In this document: in pieces, positions 59,753 to 64,000 of the stretch
How positions within the stretch are numbered: the stretch's first letter is position 1
Layout of the letters: the number at the start of each line of letters is the position of its first letter
Source of the DNA: an uncultured Actinomycetes bacterium
Lineage (GTDB): Bacteria > Actinomycetota > Thermoleophilia > Gaiellales > Gaiellaceae
DNA: 64,000 nucleotides
Direction of reading: 5' to 3'
Assembly (NCBI GenBank): GCA_963759435.1
Contig: CAVWZB010000005.1
Location: 75,056 to 139,055 of the forward strand
The notes under the pieces: generated by a model
The model's database searches: none
Told to the model about the DNA's origin: nothing
Seen by the model: only the letters and a program-made list of their open reading frames with translations
Position numbers and translations under genes: made by a program

Positions 59753-60675
59753 GCATCGCCCGCAAGCAGACGGGCGAGAACGTCTGGATCGATGTTGCCG
59801 CCGCTCACGATGCAGACACAGCGGTCGTCCCGGCGCAACGCAGCGGCGAGCGCGAGGGCTCCGGCCCCTTCTGCGACGACGTGAGCGCGCGAGGCGAGGA
59901 GCCGCACGGCCTCGGCTGCGTCCTCGAGCGGCACCGCGACCGCCTCGTCGACCAGCCCTCGAGCCCGTTCCCACATTCCCGGCAGCAGCGCGCGGCCGCC
60001 GGCGCCGTCCACCCACGAGGGCGTGAACTCGATCTCGCGCGGCTCGCCGGCCGCGAGTGCTGCGGCGAGGGGCGCGCCGGTCTCCGGCTCGGCCGTCACG
60101 ACGCGCACCCCAGGCCGTAGCGCCTTCAGCGCGCTCGCGATGCCCGTCGTCAGCCCGCCGCCGCCCCACGGGACGATCACCGTGTCGAACTCCGGCGCGT
60201 CCTCCGCGATCTCGAGGCCGATCGTCCCGTTGCCGGCCATCACTGCCTCCTCGGCGGCGGGAGCGACGAACAGCCCCTCGACCCCCTCCCGGCCCCGGTC
60301 GACCATCGCCTGCCACCACTCCTCGTGCGTGACGAGCACGACCTCGGCGCCGAGCGCCTCGATCCGGTCGAGCTTCGCGCGGGGAGCGTCCGCGGGGACG
60401 ATCACACGCGCCGGCACGCCCGACTCGCGCGCAACCCAGGCGACACCCTGAGCCATGTTCCCGGCGCTCGCGGTGACGACTCCGCTCGCGAGCTCCTGAT
60501 CAGAAGCCGCACGAATCGCGGAGAAGGCACCGCGCAACTTGAACGAGCCGATCGGGTGGAGGCACTCGAGCTTGAGCAGGATCCGGTCGTCCGTGCCCAG
60601 CGGCACGAGCGGCGTGCGCATGACCTCGTCGCCGATCCGCTCGCGCGCCCGGCGGATCTCGTCGAGCGCGATCAC
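59749..60675 (-). CDS. PLP-dependent threonine/serine dehydratase family enzyme
   Basis: ORF, 308 aa. LKLECLHPIGSFKLRGA carries the PLP Lys, and GGGGL is the glycine loop. Confidence 0.9.
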   Translation of the reverse strand: MIALDEIRRARERIGDEVMRTPLVPLGTDDRILLKLECLHPIGSFKLRGAFSAIRAASDQELASGVVTASAGNMAQGVAWVARESGVPARVIVPADAPRAKLDRIEALGAEVVLVTHEEWWQAMVDRGREGVEGLFVAPAAEEAVMAGNGTIGLEIAEDAPEFDTVIVPWGGGGLTTGIASALKALRPGVRVVTAEPETGAPLAAALAAGEPREIEFTPSWVDGAGGRALLPGMWERARGLVDEAVAVPLEDAAEAVRLLASRAHVVAEGAGALALAAALRRDDRCVCIVSGGNIDPDVLARLLAGDA

Positions 60676-60681
60676 CGGCCG

Positions 60682-61396
60682 TCAGTCGCTCTCCTTGGCC
60701 AGTTCGGTCAGGTCCGTGCGCACCGTCCAGAGCTCGGGGAACAGCTTGTACTTGATCAGCCCGGCGAGTAGCTCGACCGGCGTGCCCTGCGTCCCGACGA
60801 CGTCCTCGCCGATGACGCGGCCGACCATCTTCACGTGGCGGAAGCGCCAGACGCCGACCTGTTCGTCCCAGTCGATCAGCGCCTCGGCCAGCTGGTAGAG
60901 ATCCTCGTGCTCGCGGCCCTGTGTATAGACCTCGATCAGCGTCAGCCCGCGCTCGCGGCGCAGCGCGTCGAAGGCGGCGTAGAGGCCGGGCGAGACCTCT
61001 CGGATCCCGCGGAAGCCGGGCGAGTCGAAGCCCGAGCCGTGGCCGAGCACGCGGCGCACGTCCTGGTACTCCCACGGCGACATCAGCTCGAGGTGCTCGA
61101 GGAACGAGATGACGTAACGCATCGCGTGGTTCGCGCGGCCGAGCAGCCGCAGCGCGCGCCGCGACGTCGCGCGCCTCGATCAGCCGCGTCGCCTCCTCGA
61201 CCTCCGTCCACGCGTGCTTCAGCCACAGCTCCGACGACTGGTGGACGGTCTGGAAGAGCAGCTCGTCGCGGTGCACCCACTCATCAGGCCCCTTCTGGAG
61301 CGCGAGGAGCTCGTCGGTGCGGAGGTAGCGCTCGTAGTCGCTCGCGCCATCGCCGGGCAGGATCGGCTGGAATTCGTCCGCGTTGGGAGCGCTCAC
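60682..61396 (-). pseudogene. kynA: Tryptophan 2,3-dioxygenase with an apparent +1 frame break at about 61165-61180
   Basis: The N-terminal part lies in ORF 60500-61474 (GTG 61396; DYERYLRTDELLALQKGPDEWVHRDELLFQTVHQSSELWLKH...LIEARDVA). The rest lies in the frame of ORF 60682-61122 (RRALRLLGRANHAMRYVISFLEHLELMSPWEYQDVRRVLGHGSGFDSPGFRGIRE...). Confidence 0.8.
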
Positions 61397-62458
61397 CAGA
61401 TCCGCATCTCCAGTCCGGCGAGCGGAACGCCACCATCCTCCGTCACGAGCCAGGTGTCCTGCATGTAGAGACATTCTCGGCCATCGGCCGCGATCGCGTG
61501 CGGATGCATCGAGAAGACCATGTTCGCGGCGAGCTCGGTCTCGATGCCCTCGCCGATCCGCGGGTGCTCGATCATCGTCATCCCGATCGAGTGGCCGGTC
61601 ACGTGGCCGAGGTGGTAGCCGCGCTGCGTGAAGCCGGCCGAGACCGCGCGGTGGACGTCGTGCGCGGTCGCGCCCGCGCGCAGCACCGTTTGCGCGACCT
61701 CGTAGTACTCCTCGTACGCATCGACCATCTTCTGCACCTCGGCGCTCGCCGTGCCGAGCGCTCGCGAGACCTCGACCCAGTGCCCGCCCGGCCCGGCGAT
61801 CTCGAGCGACGGGATCGTGAACTCGCCGAAGACCGTGTCGTCACGCGCGATCGCGAACTCGGCGCCGACGAGCACCATGTTCATCGTCAGCCGCCCGCAG
61901 CCGCGCTCGACGAACAGCTCCTCCGCCGGCGCGAGCACATCGGCGGCGGTGCGGCCCGGCGCCCACGCCCGGTGGAAGGCGTGGAAACCGTCGACATTGA
62001 TCTTGACGCTCTCGCGCACGGACTCGAGCTCGGCATCGGACTTCACCGCGCGGGCCAGGTCGAACTGCTCGTCCCACGCCGACGAGCTCGGCGGCGCCGG
62101 CGAGCGCGGCGTAGTCGCGCACCGTCAGCACGTAGTCGAGCCCGTAGACGCCGACCCGCTGGCCGCGCAGGCGGTCGGCCAGCCACTCCCCCGGCCGGTC
62201 GGCGAAGACCTGGTCTGCGATCTGGGAGTCGCCGTGCTCGCCGACGTAGCGCGCCTCGGCCGGGAAGACGATCGCCGGCTCGCCCTCCCGCGGCACGAGG
62301 ACATACGCGTAGCGATGGACGATCTGGAAGCCGGAGAGATAGGTGACGGCGCCCTCGAAGCCGGTGTACTCGGAGCCGCACACCAGCGCGGCATCGAGCC
62401 CGTCGCGCTCGAGCGCCTCGCGCACCCGCGCGTGGCGGGCGCTCAGCTCTGCGTCCAC
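61393..62458 (-). pseudogene. M24-fold (Xaa-Pro peptidase/creatinase-like) protein with an apparent +1 frame break at about 62075-62085
   Basis: The GTG at 62458 follows GGAGTGGAGG. The N-domain lies in the frame of ORF 61841-63448 (VDAELSARHARVREALERDGLDAALVCGSEYTGFEGAVTYLSGF...AAELV). The C-domain is ORF 61393-62046 (WDEQFDLARAVKSDAELESV...HVTGHSIGMTMIEHP...). Confidence 0.75.
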
Positions 62459-63363
62459 GAAGCCTCCACTCCTTTCACGAGCGCCTGGATCGCGGCGTTG
62501 AGCGGCGTCGAAACACCGTGCTCCGCCCCGAAGCGGACGATGCCGCCGTTGAGATAGTCGACCTCGGTCTGCCGCCGGGCTTCGACGTCCTGGAGCATCG
62601 AGGCCTTGTGGTCGTACGCGACCTCGGGCCTGGCCGCGTGGTCGATCAGCTCCTCGGGATCGGCGTCGAGCTCGATGCCCTGCGCTGCGGCGACCGCCTT
62701 CCCCTCGTCGACCAGGCCTGTGACCAGAGCGCGCAGGTCGGGCCGCTCGCACACCCGGCCGTGGGTGAGGCCGGTGAGCGCGCCGATCGGATTGGTGGAC
62801 GCGTTGAAGATGACCTTGCGCCACTGCGGCCCGCGTGCGTCCTCGACCGCGTTCGCCGGCATTCCGGCGCGCGTGCACGCGTCGGCGAGCCGGTCGACCT
62901 CGGCGAACGGCGTCCGCTCGTCGTACGGGCCGAACGTGGTGTCGCCCTGGACGTCCCACTGCACGTGGCCCGGCTCGAGCAGCTTCCCGGCCGGGAAGGT
63001 CGTGCCGCGGATCACCCGCTCGACATGCCCGGCGATCGTCTCCTCGTTGCCGAGCCCGTTCTGAACCGTCGCGACGCAGCCGTCTGCGAAGGCGTGCGCC
63101 GTCGCGGCGATCGCCGCCTCGGTGTGCATCGCCTTCGTCGCCACGATGCCGAAGTCGCACGGCGGGATCACGGCCGCGTCGCTCGTCGCCCGCGGATGCC
63201 CGACCACGTCCCCCGCGCCGGAGAGTCGCAGGCCGCCGCGGTTGACGGCGGCGACGTGCAGCTCGTTGAGGTCGAACGCCCAGACCTCGACGTCGTCGAG
63301 CAGCGACAGGTTCGCCGCGAACAGCGACCCGACCGCCCCACAGCCCACGACCGCAATCCTCAT
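62443..63363 (-). CDS. 2-dehydropantoate 2-reductase family (ApbA/PanE) oxidoreductase
   Basis: ORF, 306 aa. MRIAVVGCGAVGSLFAANL is a Rossmann motif. The C-terminal ApbA_C pattern is KASMLQDVEARRQTEVDYLNG. Confidence 0.88.
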   Translation of the reverse strand: MRIAVVGCGAVGSLFAANLSLLDDVEVWAFDLNELHVAAVNRGGLRLSGAGDVVGHPRATSDAAVIPPCDFGIVATKAMHTEAAIAATAHAFADGCVATVQNGLGNEETIAGHVERVIRGTTFPAGKLLEPGHVQWDVQGDTTFGPYDERTPFAEVDRLADACTRAGMPANAVEDARGPQWRKVIFNASTNPIGALTGLTHGRVCERPDLRALVTGLVDEGKAVAAAQGIELDADPEELIDHAARPEVAYDHKASMLQDVEARRQTEVDYLNGGIVRFGAEHGVSTPLNAAIQALVKGVEASWTQS

Positions 63364-64000
63364 TCGGAGTAGCTCGCCTCCCTCGCCTTGACGAGCCTAT
63401 AGAGCGCCGACTGGAGGGGCACCTCGACCCCGTGCTGCTCGGCCTCACGCACGAGGGCGCCGTTGATGAGCTCGACCTCGGTCGGCCGCCGCGCCTCGAC
63501 GTCCTCGAGCATCGAGGGGAAGTGCCGGTGGCCGCGCTGGGTCGCGAGCACGTTCATCTCCCACGGGTCGTCGTGCAGCTCGACACCCGCGGCGGCGGCG
63601 ACCGCCTTGCCCTCGTCGACGAGATCCCGAACGAGATGACCGAGGTCGGAGAGCTCCTCGGTCTGGGCGAAGTGGAAGTCGTGCGGGAGGCCCGTCAGCG
63701 CGGCGACGCCGTTCACCGTCGCGTTGAAGATCAGCTTCGACCACTGCGCCGGGCGCAGATCGGGGAACGCCTCCGCCTTCAGCCCGCCCGCCACGATCAG
63801 CTCCGCGACCCGGCGCGCGTCCGCCTCCGTCGTGCCGCGATACGGCCCGATCCAGGTGGCGGTGTCCAGGACGTACTCGACGTGTGCGTCGCCGTGACGC
63901 GTGCCGCTCATGAACGTGACCGCAGAGAGGAGCGGCCACTCGCCGTGCGCCGCCACGATCTCCTCCGCACCGAGCCCGTTCTGGATCGTCATCAGGGTCG
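63360..64000 (-). CDS. Second ApbA/PanE-family oxidoreductase, 5' end outside the window
   Basis: The frame of ORF 63360-63992 stays open to the window edge. PSMLEDVEARRPTEVELINGALV parallels the neighbouring paralog. It overlaps the downstream start by 4 nt. Confidence 0.8.
   Translation of the reverse strand, partial: TLMTIQNGLGAEEIVAAHGEWPLLSAVTFMSGTRHGDAHVEYVLDTATWIGPYRGTTEADARRVAELIVAGGLKAEAFPDLRPAQWSKLIFNATVNGVAALTGLPHDFHFAQTEELSDLGHLVRDLVDEGKAVAAAAGVELHDDPWEMNVLATQRGHRHFPSMLEDVEARRPTEVELINGALVREAEQHGVEVPLQSALYRLVKAREASYSE

Overview
64-kb, very GC-rich (about 70% by eye) chromosomal segment. Gene content and the recurring YQWQRC and SSWSG repeat modules suggest a high-GC Actinomycetota, possibly Thermoleophilia/Rubrobacteria-like (inference only). 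I support about 60 protein-coding genes, densely packed on both strands and often translationally coupled through ATGA/GTGA overlaps. I found no rRNA, tRNA, CRISPR, transposase, integrase or phage genes. Content from left to right: (1) a secreted/surface-protein island with an S8 protease, two large Cys-rich secreted proteins and tandem small secreted paralogs; (2) a NarL-type two-component system; (3) miscellaneous membrane and redox genes, a family-G1-like peptidase and a 1141-aa BNR/Asp-box protein; (4) a GT4 glycosyltransferase and a MarR regulator divergent from a DHA2 exporter; (5) a GGDEF-EAL protein; (6) an S8 protease with an SSWSG tail; (7) a kinase-aminotransferase fusion; (8) an ECF sigma operon; (9) two tiny acidic repeat proteins, each with its own ECF-type promoter and terminator; (10) an MFS transporter fused to a cNMP-binding domain; (11) a lipoprotein / Ser-Thr kinase / L,D-transpeptidase / S8 / GAF operon; (12) an Opp-type ABC transporter; (13) acetoacetyl-CoA synthetase, citrate synthase and SOS-boxed dinB; (14) a six-gene overlapping operon containing tryptophan 2,3-dioxygenase. 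The main caveat is that at least 14 apparent single-base frame breaks interrupt 11 otherwise recognisable genes, mostly as +1 shifts. These are either sequencing indels or real pseudogenes. All coordinates and translations were worked out by hand from the sequence and the ORF track, and no database search was possible.
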